A stretch of DNA of 64,000 nucleotides from Candidatus Pampinifervens sinense (GCA_037927135.1 JAXSPP010000005.1:1-64000); one strand, 5' to 3'. Positions 20,902 through 32,830 are shown, numbered from the stretch's first letter. The notes: generated from the letters alone by a model not told the origin. Numbers and translations: made by a program.

Positions 20902-22105
20902 AACAGAACTCTACTCTTACTTGTTCTCCTGTTTCCATGTTCTTTAGGGTATAAAAGTTCCCAGCCTTTTCCTCCTCACCCACTATAACCACATAATGAG
21001 CTCCTATCTTGTTGGCAAACTCCAACTGCTTTTTAAGGCTACCCTTTCTATAAGATATCTCCACCCTTTTACCCTCCGACCTTAAACTTCTAGCTACCAT
21101 AAGGGCATAATCCATCACATTACCGAAAGGAACCACAAGGTAAAGGGGATCCTCTTCAGGGAGGTCTTTGACCAGCATGGAAAGTCTCTCTATGCCAACG
21201 GCAAAGCCTATGGCTGGTGTGGGAGGTCCTCCTAGCTCCTCCACAAGATAATCATACCTTCCACCCGCTATAACGGTTATACCTAAGTCTAATGAAATAG
21301 CTTCAAAGACCGTTTTTGTATAGTAGTCAAGCCCTCTTACCAGGTATGGGTTTTCCTGATAGGGTATAGACAAAAGGCTTAGGTACTCTTTTAGCTTTGA
21401 ATAGTGTGTGGCGCACTCTTCACACAGAAAATCTACCATCTTTGGCGCTTCCTTTACAGCCTCCTTACAGGTGGGAACCTTACAGTCAAGCACCCTAAGT
21501 GGATTTCTATCTTTTCTATCAAGGCATACTTCGCAAAGATGGCCCTCCACCTTATTAAGATAATCCATAAGGGCTTCTCTGTAGGCTGGCCTGCATACTC
21601 TACATCCTATAGAATTTATCTCTATCACTGTCTTCACGTTCAATTCAGACAGTATTTCGTAAACTATCTGTATGATCTCGGCATCTACCAATGGATCTAT
21701 TGAACCAAAGACTTCTGCACCTATCTGGTGAAACTGTCTGTATCTGCCAGCCTGTGGCCTTTCATAACGGAACATTGGACCCTCGTAAAAGAGCTTCATG
21801 TAAGGCCTTAATGCATAAAGCTTGTTTTGAACATAGGCCCTTACCGCACCCGCTGTGCCTTCGGGCCTTAGGGCAAGCCATCTACCCTTTCTATCCTGAA
21901 AGGCAAACATCTCCTTTTGAACTATGTCCGTTGCCTCACCTATGCTTCTTTGGAATACCTCCAAATACTCCACCACAGGCAATACAACCTCTTCAAAGTT
22001 ATAAAGCCTTAGCTTCTCTCTCACCACTTTTGATACATGTCTAAACCTTTTTAGATCCTCTCCTAAAAGATCATGGAAACCTCTTACACTTTGAAACTCT
22101 GGCAT
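20891..22105 (-). CDS. hisS: histidyl-tRNA synthetase
   Basis: LRPEGTA, FRYERPQAGRYRQF, LVRGLDYY, GGRYD motifs. Confidence 0.96.
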   Translation of the reverse strand: MPEFQSVRGFHDLLGEDLKRFRHVSKVVREKLRLYNFEEVVLPVVEYLEVFQRSIGEATDIVQKEMFAFQDRKGRWLALRPEGTAGAVRAYVQNKLYALRPYMKLFYEGPMFRYERPQAGRYRQFHQIGAEVFGSIDPLVDAEIIQIVYEILSELNVKTVIEINSIGCRVCRPAYREALMDYLNKVEGHLCEVCLDRKDRNPLRVLDCKVPTCKEAVKEAPKMVDFLCEECATHYSKLKEYLSLLSIPYQENPYLVRGLDYYTKTVFEAISLDLGITVIAGGRYDYLVEELGGPPTPAIGFAVGIERLSMLVKDLPEEDPLYLVVPFGNVMDYALMVARSLRSEGKRVEISYRKGSLKKQLEFANKIGAHYVVIVGEEEKAGNFYTLKNMETGEQVRVEFCFSL

Positions 22106-22147
22106 AAGGATTTATTATACTTCCACCTTGAGGTAATATATTTATAC

Positions 22148-23377
22148 ATGATGAATCGCATATTTGTATGGGGCTTAAACTTTAAGACCGCACCGGTGGA
22201 AGAGAGGGAGGTGCTGGCCTGTAGTAGGGAAGATGCCCATTATCTTCTTCCTGTTTTAAAAACTATAGAAGGTATAAAGGAGCTTATGCTTTTATCCACT
22301 TGCAATAGGGTTGAGGTTTACGGTGTGGCGGAGGACTATGAACCTATAAACAGGCTTGTTTTTGAGCTAATCAAGTTAAAGGGAGCAGATTTTAAGATTA
22401 GAAAAAATTCCTTTTTCTTGGAGGGTGAAAGGGCGGTAGCCCACGTTTTTAAAGTGGCCAGCGGTTTGGAATCTATGGTGGTTGGAGAGACTCAGATAGT
22501 AAATCAGTTTAAAGAGGCTTATAGGATAGCTAAAGAGCTGGGCTGTACTGGGAAGGTGATAAACCGGCTTTATGAGAAGGCTTTGAGAACGGCCAAAAGG
22601 GTAAGAACGGAAACGGGCATAGGTAGAAATGCTGTATCTGTAAGCTATGTGGCCGTAGAGCTTGCAAAAAGGATATTTGGTAGCCTTGAAAAGATAAAGG
22701 TGCTTTTAATTGGTGCGGGTGAGATGGCGGAGCTTTCGGCCAAATATTTGAAAAAATTAAAAGCCCACCTTTTTATCACCAATAGGACCTATGAGAGGGC
22801 TGTGGAGCTAGCAAGGGAGCTTGAGGGGCATGTGCTAAGGTTTGAGGAGCTATCTGATCACCTTCACGATTTTGATATAGTGATAGTCTCCACCGGAAGT
22901 AAAAAATACTTAGTGGATCAGCAGATGGTAAAGATGGCCATGAGAAAAAGGGGTTATAAGCCTATGTTTTTTATAGATATATCCGTTCCTAGGAATGTGG
23001 AGCCGAGCGTGGGCCAGCTTGATGAGGTCTTTCTTTATGACATAGATGACCTCCAAGAGGTGGCTGAAAAGAATTTAAAGGAGAGGTTGAGGGAGAAGGA
23101 AAAGGGTGAGATAATAGTTTGGGATGAGGTGGGGAAATTTATGAAATGGTTGGAGCTTTTGGAGGTGGAGGATGCCATAATAAGAATAAAAGAGTTGTGG
23201 AGGCCTGTGGAAGAGAGAGAGCCTATGGTAAGAAGGCTTATTCACAGGACTATGGAAGAGATAAGAAAGGAGCCATCACTGGCAAAAAAGTTGGTTAAAA
23301 TATTCCTTGAGGAGGTTGAAGATGCAAACGCAGGGAGAAAACTATCCTATGTCTATAACGGAACTGATGGAGCTTGA
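22148..23377 (+). CDS. hemA: glutamyl-tRNA reductase
   Basis: STCNRVE, SMVVGETQI, GAGEM, DISVPRN; start moved to ATG 22148. Confidence 0.95.
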   Translation: MMNRIFVWGLNFKTAPVEEREVLACSREDAHYLLPVLKTIEGIKELMLLSTCNRVEVYGVAEDYEPINRLVFELIKLKGADFKIRKNSFFLEGERAVAHVFKVASGLESMVVGETQIVNQFKEAYRIAKELGCTGKVINRLYEKALRTAKRVRTETGIGRNAVSVSYVAVELAKRIFGSLEKIKVLLIGAGEMAELSAKYLKKLKAHLFITNRTYERAVELARELEGHVLRFEELSDHLHDFDIVIVSTGSKKYLVDQQMVKMAMRKRGYKPMFFIDISVPRNVEPSVGQLDEVFLYDIDDLQEVAEKNLKERLREKEKGEIIVWDEVGKFMKWLELLEVEDAIIRIKELWRPVEEREPMVRRLIHRTMEEIRKEPSLAKKLVKIFLEEVEDANAGRKLSYVYNGTDGA

Positions 23378-23617
23378 GAGCGAATACTCTATAAAGGCCT
23401 ATATCTTGATAAAGGCCGATCCGAGGGAGATACCCTCCATAATGCTAGCCCTATCAACCTTTGAAGGAATAAAGACGGCCGATGTGGTGACGGGACCTTA
23501 TGATATAATCGTGTTTGCAGAGCTTAAAAACCAAGATGAGCTTGGAAGGTTGGTTATAAATAAGATACATTCCTTGGAGGGGGTAAAAGAGGCCTTGACC
23601 TGTGTGGTAGTAAGGAT

Positions 23618-23621
<4 letters not shown>
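23322..23621 (+). CDS. stand-alone Lrp/AsnC ligand-binding (RAM) domain protein
   Basis: KAYILI...VTGPYDII...I..LEGV..T pattern; no HTH; SD GAGGAGG before ATG 23322. Confidence 0.8.
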
Positions 23622-25483
<1,862 letters not shown>

Positions 25484-25516
25484 GGCTCTCACCTCCTTTC
25501 AAGTATTCTTGTAAAT

Positions 25517-26377
25517 TTATTTTAGTCCAGTATTGTAAAATGTCAAGAGAAGAAAGGAAGGCACACCCAAAAACAAAGAAGAGATAAGCAAAAAGCTATG
25601 GAACAAAAAGCCTATCTTTAGCCACTCTTTCAAGCTCTCTCCTATAGCTTTGAGAGGTAGGCTAAAGGCCAGCTCATATGTTCCAAAACCCATAAAGCTA
25701 TGGATGGGCAAAACGGAGCTAAGCTCTCCACCCAAAAAGCCAAGGAAGATCTTGTATAGGTCCATTTTCCAAAGATTAAAGATTAGGAGAAGGCTTGCAA
25801 ACTTGGTAATGCTAGAAAGGAGCGATAGCAAAAAAAGGCTAAAGGCTAATCTAAAGCTTGCCTCCTTTTTTATAAACTCCTTAAGGTCCTTTAGCCTATT
25901 CCATGATGGAATAAGAAGATGAAGTTTAGGCAGAAAGAGGGCAATGCTGAAAGACAAAAAAGAGGGTAGGAGCATAAACACGTTCAACGGTAAGAGGGTG
26001 AGGAAAAGTAGAAAGATTAGGCTAAGAAGGTCGTAGAGCCTTCCTAAAAGGAAGGTCCAGAGGGATAAGGAAAGGCTTACCTTTGATCTCTTAAGGTAGT
26101 AGAACCAGCTTAGCTCTCCTGTCCTTGCGGGCAAAAGGTTGTTGAACATTATATTGGCAGAGTTTATAAGAAAGAGGTGAAGAAGGCTAAGGTCCTTTAT
26201 AAGCATCTTCCATCTTAAGGATCTGAAAAGCTGGCTAAGGCTGTAGAGCACAAAGGCCAAAAAAAGGCTGATGGGGTTTATACCCTTTATGGTGTTCATT
26301 ATCTCCTTATAGGGGACAAAATAAAAGAGAAAAGCTAGAAAAAGAAGGGTAAGGGAAAGGGGAAAGAGGTTTTTCAA
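25517..26377 (-). CDS. lysylphosphatidylglycerol-synthase TM / flippase-like membrane protein (UPF0104)
   Basis: RSLRW, NNLLPARTGE, GFGTYE motifs; hydrophobic. Confidence 0.8.
   Translation of the reverse strand: MKNLFPLSLTLLFLAFLFYFVPYKEIMNTIKGINPISLFLAFVLYSLSQLFRSLRWKMLIKDLSLLHLFLINSANIMFNNLLPARTGELSWFYYLKRSKVSLSLSLWTFLLGRLYDLLSLIFLLFLTLLPLNVFMLLPSFLSFSIALFLPKLHLLIPSWNRLKDLKEFIKKEASFRLAFSLFLLSLLSSITKFASLLLIFNLWKMDLYKIFLGFLGGELSSVLPIHSFMGFGTYELAFSLPLKAIGESLKEWLKIGFLFHSFLLISSLFLGVPSFLLLTFYNTGLK
25519..25546 (-). promoter_or_regulatory. sigma70-type promoter of the hsp20 gene
   Basis: - strand TTGACA-N16-TAAAAT. Confidence 0.55.
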
Positions 26378-26976
26378 GATCCTTCTGGAACGTCGTGTAT
26401 GACTATCCTTTTGCCCGCAAAGCGGGAAAGGATTTCAATGGCCACCTCAACGCCGGAGCCAGCGCAGGAAGTAAAGTGAGAGGAAAGGCCGGCAAGGGTT
26501 CCAGCTACAAAGAGGTTTTTATCCACTTCAAAGTCCTTATGCCTTATCATGACCCTGCCCGGCTTTGGAGACTTAGGATTTTCCACCACTTCCACCTGAA
26601 GTCCCTTTATGCTAAAACTGTGAAAACCACCCGCAAGGACCACATAGTCTGAGGTAAAGATCTTGCCAGAGGAGCTTTCCACCTCAAAGACCTCATTTTT
26701 CCTTTCCACACGGACCACCTCCTCCTCAAACATATCCACTCCGCCCCAGCTTTCTATTTGGCGCTTTATCTTTTCCAAAAGATCGGTGCCAAGTATGGAA
26801 TCAAGGCCTGGCACATTTTTCAAAAAGGCCTTTTTTAAATCAGAGTTGTTTGAATCAAAGAGAAGATACCTTCTGTTTTCAGCCCATTGCCAGCCCCTTC
26901 CTCTTGCGGAGGCCAAGGTCAAAGCGCAAGAAAGCCCGCTTGCACCACCACCGACTATGATAACATCGTACTTCAT
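26374..26976 (-). CDS. small FAD-dependent oxidoreductase (thioredoxin-reductase-like FAD domain only)
   Basis: YDVIIVGGGASG dinucleotide-binding motif, LFVAG; start ATG 26976. Confidence 0.8.
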   Translation of the reverse strand: MKYDVIIVGGGASGLSCALTLASARGRGWQWAENRRYLLFDSNNSDLKKAFLKNVPGLDSILGTDLLEKIKRQIESWGGVDMFEEEVVRVERKNEVFEVESSSGKIFTSDYVVLAGGFHSFSIKGLQVEVVENPKSPKPGRVMIRHKDFEVDKNLFVAGTLAGLSSHFTSCAGSGVEVAIEILSRFAGKRIVIHDVPEGS

Positions 26977-27030
26977 GGCATAATTATTATAAGCCAACAG
27001 GGAATATATTAATCACAATGGAGGACTAAG

Positions 27031-27867
27031 ATGGGTGAAATATCGCTTTTGATAGCTTTTAGCGCCGGAGTTCTCTCCTTTCTGTCTCCTTGCGTTCTGC
27101 CCATAATACCAGGTTATATCTCATACATCTCTGGTGTGGGAGCACAAGAAGTTAAAGAAAAGGGAGGTTTTAGCTGGAGGGTTTTTATTGCCTCTCTTCT
27201 CTTTGTGGTAGGCTTTTCCATAGTCTTTACCCTTATGGGAGCTACCGCCACTAGCATTGGCCAACTCCTCAGAGAATATCAAGATTACATAGCCAAAGTG
27301 GGTGGTAGCCTTGTGGTCTTCTTTGGCCTTCATTTTGCAGGACTAATGCTGAGGCAAAACTTCTTAAAAGAACTCTTTGGAGTGGCTTCACTCTTTGTTG
27401 CCCTATTCTTCTTCGGCATTATCTCCCAAAAGCTTCTTTTTGACCTCCTTGGCATAACACTAGTGGTTGCCTTCCTCTACCTCTTTGGCCTTCATGAGGT
27501 TTTATACAGGCAGATGAGAAAGGAGGTAAAGGGGAATGTGGCGGGTATAGGTGCCCTTCTTGTAGGCATGTTCTTTGCCTTTGGTTGGAGCCCATGTATA
27601 GGCCCTGTGCTCGGATCCATACTCCTTTATGCAAGTCAGCAGGAGACTGCCCTTCAGGGTGCCACCTTGCTCTTTGCCTACTCCCTTGGCCTTGGCATAC
27701 CCTTTTTGATAGCCGGTGGCCTCCTTTCTGCCTTCCTTGTCTTCGTGCGCAAATTTAGCAAGTTCTTTGGAGTGGTAGAAGTTATCGGTGGCCTTCTTCT
27801 TATCTTGCTTGGCTTTTTGATAACCACTGGTAAGCTGGCAGAGATATCGGCCATCCTTGGAGGCTAA
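27031..27867 (+). CDS. ccdA: cytochrome c biogenesis protein CcdA
   Basis: SFLSPCVLP and FGWSPCIGPVL Cys motifs. Confidence 0.9.
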   Translation: MGEISLLIAFSAGVLSFLSPCVLPIIPGYISYISGVGAQEVKEKGGFSWRVFIASLLFVVGFSIVFTLMGATATSIGQLLREYQDYIAKVGGSLVVFFGLHFAGLMLRQNFLKELFGVASLFVALFFFGIISQKLLFDLLGITLVVAFLYLFGLHEVLYRQMRKEVKGNVAGIGALLVGMFFAFGWSPCIGPVLGSILLYASQQETALQGATLLFAYSLGLGIPFLIAGGLLSAFLVFVRKFSKFFGVVEVIGGLLLILLGFLITTGKLAEISAILGG

Positions 27868-28483
27868 ACCTTTGGACATCCTTGTAGTAGACTATGGAAT
27901 GGGGAATTTGAGAAGTGTTTCAAAGGCCCTTGAAAAGGTGGGCTTTAGTGTCAAGATAAGCTCAGACCCAGAGGATGTAAAAAGGGCCAATGCCATAGTT
28001 TTGCCTGGTGTGGGAGCCTTCAAAGATGCGGTTGAAAACCTAAAGAGGATGGGGCTTTATGGAGAGATAATAAGGCATATAGAGAAGGGAAAGCCCTACC
28101 TTGGCATTTGCCTTGGATTGCAACTTCTCTTTGAAAAGAGCTATGAGTTTGGGGAGTCGGAAGGCTTTGGTGTGGTAGAGGGTGAAGTTGTTCTTCTTCC
28201 CACAAGCGTCAAGGTTCCCCACATAGGCTGGAACCAGCTGTGGAAGAAAAAGCCATCTTTTATGCTTGAAGGTATAAAAGATGGAGAGTATGTTTACTTT
28301 GTCCATTCTTACCATGTGGTTCCAAAAAGGAAGGATCTTATCCTTACCACCACCGACTATGGCATAGACTTTGTATCTTCCATAGAATACGAAAACATCT
28401 TTGCAGTGCAGTTTCATCCAGAAAAGAGTCAAAAGGTAGGTCTTAAAATCCTTGAAAACTTCAGAAGGAGGGTCTATGGCTAA
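27857..28483 (+). CDS. hisH: imidazole glycerol phosphate synthase glutaminase subunit
   Basis: DYGMGNLRSV, LPGVGAF, GICLG, QFHPEKS. Confidence 0.96.
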   Translation: MEAKPLDILVVDYGMGNLRSVSKALEKVGFSVKISSDPEDVKRANAIVLPGVGAFKDAVENLKRMGLYGEIIRHIEKGKPYLGICLGLQLLFEKSYEFGESEGFGVVEGEVVLLPTSVKVPHIGWNQLWKKKPSFMLEGIKDGEYVYFVHSYHVVPKRKDLILTTTDYGIDFVSSIEYENIFAVQFHPEKSQKVGLKILENFRRRVYG

Positions 28484-29147
28484 GCTTTGTATAGCCCTTG
28501 ATACAAACCTTCCACAAGCCCTTGAGCTTGTCAAGGCCTTAAGGGGCTATCCCTTGATCTTTAAGGTGGGCTACAAGCTCTTTATAAGCCACCATAGGGC
28601 AATAACGGACAAGGTAAAAGAGAACGGCTTTGAACTCTTTTTGGACCTAAAGCTCCATGATATACCAAACACGGTAAAAGAAGGTGTTCTCTCTGCAAAG
28701 GACCTTGGGGCAGATTATCTTACGGTGCATCTAAGTTCGGGAAGAGAGGCCATAAGGCAGGCGGTAAGCTCAAAGGGAAAGCTAAAACTCCTTGGTGTTA
28801 GCCTCCTTACAAGTCTTGAAGAGGAAGACCTAAAGGAGATGGGGGTATGCTTAGGAAGGGAGGAGTATGTGATAAGCCTTGCAAAAAGGGGTGTGGAGTT
28901 GGGCATAGATGGTGTGGTGTGCTCAGGACTTGAGGCAAAGGTGATAAGAGAAAGGGTGCAGGGAAGCTTTCTTATAGTGGTGCCTGGCATAAGGCTAGAG
29001 GGTGAGCCTGTAGAGGATCAGAAGAGGGTAGTAAGCCTTGAGGAGGCCCTTGAGGCTGGTGCGGATATTCTTGTGATGGGAAGGAGCGTGCTGAGGTCAG
29101 AAAACCCTATAAAGAAGGTGGAAGAGATACTTTTTAGGATCACATAA
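28476..29147 (+). CDS. pyrF: orotidine-5'-phosphate decarboxylase
   Basis: FLDLKLHDIPNT, VPGIR, DQKR; start ATG 28476 after GGAGG. Confidence 0.95.
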   Translation: MAKLCIALDTNLPQALELVKALRGYPLIFKVGYKLFISHHRAITDKVKENGFELFLDLKLHDIPNTVKEGVLSAKDLGADYLTVHLSSGREAIRQAVSSKGKLKLLGVSLLTSLEEEDLKEMGVCLGREEYVISLAKRGVELGIDGVVCSGLEAKVIRERVQGSFLIVVPGIRLEGEPVEDQKRVVSLEEALEAGADILVMGRSVLRSENPIKKVEEILFRIT

Positions 29148-29790
29148 GGCCAATGCTTTTTAATGCCTCTTGCCTTTGTAAACATGTGGCACATACACCA
29201 CAGGGGGGTTCCGTTCCCATATAACAGGAGTAGGTCTTTTCAAAGGGTACTCCAAGTTCTTTTCCAAGCCTTGCAATATCCACTTTACTCATTCCTAAAA
29301 AGGGAGCATACAGGCTTATCCTTCTTTTTGTTTTTGCTACATAGGCTGAAGCTGAGTTTATGGCAGACTCCATGGCCGTTATAAACTCCACCCTACAGTC
29401 TGGATAGGGTGTATCAAGGGCATGCACACCTATGGCTATATGGTCTATTTCATAGCTGTCCGCAAAGGATCCCGCGATGGCAAGGAATACAAGGTTTCTC
29501 ATAGGAACGTTGGTGGGTGGAACTTCTTCACCGTAAGGACCTTCTGGCACCTGCGGACCACCTTCCAAAAGGGCAGAGCCTTTTATAAGCCTGTAGTGTG
29601 GCACTTCCACTATGATATGTTCTTTAACACCGGCAAGCCTTGCCAACTCTTTAGCATACCTTAACTCTACCTTATGCCTTTGGCCATAGTCAAAAGAGAG
29701 GGCATAGACTTCTTCAAACTCCCTTTTGCACAGCCACAGAAGGGTAGCACTGTCCATTCCACCAGAAAGTAATACTATAACCCTTTTCAT
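29140..29790 (-). CDS. queC: 7-cyano-7-deazaguanine synthase
   Basis: SGGMDS, FDYGQRH, VPMRN, YPDCR, C-terminal Zn Cys cluster; true start ATG 29790 because the upstream part of the ORF is a tRNA. Confidence 0.95.
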   Translation of the reverse strand: MKRVIVLLSGGMDSATLLWLCKREFEEVYALSFDYGQRHKVELRYAKELARLAGVKEHIIVEVPHYRLIKGSALLEGGPQVPEGPYGEEVPPTNVPMRNLVFLAIAGSFADSYEIDHIAIGVHALDTPYPDCRVEFITAMESAINSASAYVAKTKRRISLYAPFLGMSKVDIARLGKELGVPFEKTYSCYMGTEPPCGVCATCLQRQEALKSIGLM

Positions 29791-29796
29791 CTTTAA

Positions 29797-29880
29797 TGCC
29801 GGAGGCGGGATTCGAACCCGCACGCCCTTTCGGGCGGGGGATTTTGAATCCCCTGCGTCTGCCAGTTCCGCCACTCCGGC
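29797..29880 (-). tRNA. tRNA-Leu(CAA), CCA not encoded
   Basis: GCCGGAG/CTCCGGC acceptor stem, GGGGA-TTCAAAA-TCCCC anticodon arm, long variable arm, GGTTCGAATCC T-arm. Confidence 0.96.
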
Positions 29881-29929
29881 TAAGGATTAATTATATAATA
29901 TCTCTACAAGCCTGCAAGGAGGTTCAAAG

Positions 29930-30283
29930 TTGAGGCGTATAAACGTAGCTATAGCGGGACTTGGGAAGGTAGGAAGTCAGTTTTTGCAAGCTTTACTGAG
30001 TGTAAACTCTGAGAATGTCAAAATCATAGCGGTGGCAGAGCCAAGAGAAGAGCTTGAAAGCGTAAAGCTTGCCAAGGAAAAGGGCATAGCCTACTTTAGG
30101 GATGCAAGGGATATGCTAAAAGCTTTGGAAGACTCCATAGACGTGCTTTTTGAACTCACGGGTAATGCGGTCATAAGAACGGAACTCCATGAGATACTTA
30201 GTCAAAGTGGAAACAGGAAAACGGTAATAGTGCCAGAGCCTGTAGCTTACCTGATTTGGAGCCTTATAACTCAGAGAAAGTAA
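29930..30283 (+). CDS. stand-alone Rossmann NAD(P)-binding domain protein (homoserine dehydrogenase N-terminal-like)
   Basis: IAGLGKVG motif, IDVLFELTG; only 117 aa. Confidence 0.7.
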   Translation: MRRINVAIAGLGKVGSQFLQALLSVNSENVKIIAVAEPREELESVKLAKEKGIAYFRDARDMLKALEDSIDVLFELTGNAVIRTELHEILSQSGNRKTVIVPEPVAYLIWSLITQRK

Positions 30284-30293
30284 TTTATTCTTT

Positions 30294-30614
30294 ATGAACG
30301 TAAAAAAGGCAAAGCTTGCAAAGCAGTTGATGGAGGAGATAGCCAGCCTTATACATAGGGAGATAAAGGATCCAAGGCTTGAAGGAGTCGTTATAACGGG
30401 TGTGGAACTCTCAGAAGATATGAGCGTGGCAAAGGTTTACTTTACAACCCTTGAGGAAGGGAGGGAAGAGGAAGCAAAAAAGGCTTTAGAGCATGCCAAG
30501 GGCTATATAAGGTCCCAGCTTATGAAAAGCTTAAGCGTTAGAAAGGTTCCAAACCTGATTTTTCTCTTTGACAAGGAGCTAAAAAGAATGGAAAGAATAT
30601 GGGAAAAGCTTTAA
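30294..30614 (+). CDS. rbfA: ribosome-binding factor A
   Basis: IKDPRL, VELSEDMSVAKVY, RKVPNLIF pattern. Confidence 0.92.
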   Translation: MNVKKAKLAKQLMEEIASLIHREIKDPRLEGVVITGVELSEDMSVAKVYFTTLEEGREEEAKKALEHAKGYIRSQLMKSLSVRKVPNLIFLFDKELKRMERIWEKL

Positions 30615-32830
30615 AGATACATGTGCTAAAGGAGAGCTACTACAGATTGGACCCACCAGAGGGAAAGGTAATATATTCTGATGGAAAAAAGACAAAGGAA
30701 GAGGAACTAATAAGTGCCAAAGACATAGATGAAAGGATAGACTATCCTCTTTTAAACCCCATACAGACGGTTTTTTATAAGTTTTACAAGGGTGGCAATG
30801 CCCTAGTGGCCTCTCCCACCTCCTCTGGCAAGAGTCTTATAGCCTACCTTTTTATGAAAAACTTTGAAGGGAGGATAGTTTATACGGTGCCCACAAGGTC
30901 CTTGGCAAAGGAGAAGCTTTTGGAGTTTAAAAGGTATTACCCCAATAATGTGGAGCTAAGGACCGGTGAGAACGTGCTTGAAGGCTTTAAAGAAGTCAAA
31001 GCCAAGGTGATTGTGAGCACCTACGAACATCTTGCTTATTCTCTCAGAAACAAAGCCAGATGGCTTGAAGGCCTTTCTGCGGTAGTCATAGACGAGGTCC
31101 ATCAGATACTAAAAAGGTGGATACTTGAAGAAATAATCACCTCTTGCATAAGGGATGGGGTGCCTATGCTTTGCCTCTCTGCCACCCTGCCCGGTGTGGA
31201 GGAGCTGTCAAGCTGGATAGGTGCAGAGCTTGTAATAGAGAGCGCCTGGAGGCCCGTGCCTCTATACAGGAGCGTGGAAAGCTTAGTTCATTACAAGCCC
31301 ATAAGGCATGGCTTGGAGGGAGAGGAGCTTGTGGCCGGCAGACTTTTGAATGCCCTTTTTTCTCTAAAAAACAGGGAAGAAAGTGTAATACTCTTTGTGC
31401 CAAAAAAGAGCCTTGGCTGGAAGCTTTTGGAGCTTGCAAGCAAAGAAAGGATAGGCGTTATGAACCAGACATTGCCCTTTGAGGTGGAAGAGGAGAGGGA
31501 GCCAGAGATAGCCTTTCACAACGCCGATGTGCCAAAGGAGGAAAGAGAAGAGATAGAAAAGGCCTTCAGAGAAGGAAGGCTTAAAACCCTCATAGCCACA
31601 CAAACTTTGGCTTACGGTGTAAACCTTCCTGCGGACAGGGTTATAATCCTCACAAGATTCTTCAGAAGCAGGGGGAAGCTAAGGAGCATACCAGACACCC
31701 TTGACATTCTTCAGATGGAGGGAAGGGCTGGAAGGTTTGGCATAAGGGAGGTGGGCTATTCAAACCTTTTGGTCTACGGGGCCAAAGAGAAGGACCTAGA
31801 AAGGGACCTATCTCAGGCTTTGAACAAACCCTTTAGCACGGCCACGATGGAAGAGGGCGAAAGCCTTGATATTCTTAGCTTCTTCTTGCTTTTGGCACAC
31901 CTTTATGAGAGGGACAGGCCCGAGAAGTATTTGGAGAGTACGTATTCTTTTAGACATGTAAGCAAGGAAAAGGTAAGGAAGGTAGAGAGCTTTTTAAGGG
32001 ATCATGGCTACATTGAGGGAAGTACTTTGAGCCAGAAGGGCCTCTTTTGTGTGAGGACTGGCATACCACCCACCAGGTTTGAATCTTTTGTGCTAAGGAA
32101 GAGCCTACAGCTGGATACGATGACCTGCATAAGGCCCCTCCTTTATATGAAGAAGTTTGACAGCCTCTTTTTCTTTTTGAAGGAAAAGGAGAGGTTTGAG
32201 GAGGACCTTCAATACATAAAAGCTATGCTTCTGCCCTGCGGAGTAGATTGCTGGGAGGACAACACAGACCAGTTTTTGTTCTATGTGGAGGGCCTCACCG
32301 TAAGGTATGCCAACCTAAAAAACCCACCAGGAGAGTTTTCCTACCTCTCTACCGATGCCATACACCTCCTCAGAGTTTTGATGGACATAAACAAGCATGG
32401 CTTTTATAGGTTTTCTACGGAAGAGATGATAAGGATAGCCCATGGGGTAAAGTATGGTATAAGGCCGGAGTATGGTAGTCTTGCGGGCATAAAGGGTATA
32501 GGCCACATAAGAGCAAACCTCTTGAAGGAGGTGCTAATAGAGTCAAAGGTAAATCCACCGGGCCTTGGAGAGCCCACGGCCAGCTTTTTGGATATTATGG
32601 AATCGGAAGGCCTCTATGATTTGTTGCTTGAAAAGGTAATAGATTACAGAGGCCTAAGCACTGAGAAGGCAAAGGAAGAGGTAGGTAAAATAAGGAAGAT
32701 ACTCCTCAACAACAGAAGGGGCTATATGGTGGATGATAAGATACTGCTTGCCTTTGGCCTCTTCTTGGAAGGGCCTTCTGCCATGAGGAGAACAAAGAAG
32801 GAGCTTGTAGAGCTTATAAGATGGAGTTAG
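30599..32830 (+). CDS. Ski2/Hel308-like SF2 DExH helicase
   Basis: Q motif (NPIQ), PTSSGKS, DEVH, LSAT, WRPVPL, TLAYGVNLPA, QMEGRAGR, C-terminal HhH (IKGIGHIRA). Confidence 0.85.
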   Translation: MGKALKIHVLKESYYRLDPPEGKVIYSDGKKTKEEELISAKDIDERIDYPLLNPIQTVFYKFYKGGNALVASPTSSGKSLIAYLFMKNFEGRIVYTVPTRSLAKEKLLEFKRYYPNNVELRTGENVLEGFKEVKAKVIVSTYEHLAYSLRNKARWLEGLSAVVIDEVHQILKRWILEEIITSCIRDGVPMLCLSATLPGVEELSSWIGAELVIESAWRPVPLYRSVESLVHYKPIRHGLEGEELVAGRLLNALFSLKNREESVILFVPKKSLGWKLLELASKERIGVMNQTLPFEVEEEREPEIAFHNADVPKEEREEIEKAFREGRLKTLIATQTLAYGVNLPADRVIILTRFFRSRGKLRSIPDTLDILQMEGRAGRFGIREVGYSNLLVYGAKEKDLERDLSQALNKPFSTATMEEGESLDILSFFLLLAHLYERDRPEKYLESTYSFRHVSKEKVRKVESFLRDHGYIEGSTLSQKGLFCVRTGIPPTRFESFVLRKSLQLDTMTCIRPLLYMKKFDSLFFFLKEKERFEEDLQYIKAMLLPCGVDCWEDNTDQFLFYVEGLTVRYANLKNPPGEFSYLSTDAIHLLRVLMDINKHGFYRFSTEEMIRIAHGVKYGIRPEYGSLAGIKGIGHIRANLLKEVLIESKVNPPGLGEPTASFLDIMESEGLYDLLLEKVIDYRGLSTEKAKEEVGKIRKILLNNRRGYMVDDKILLAFGLFLEGPSAMRRTKKELVELIRWS

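Noticed and set aside
29791-29874. N-terminal extension of QueC or a preQ1 riboswitch
   Set aside because: The sequence is a complete tRNA-Leu cloverleaf
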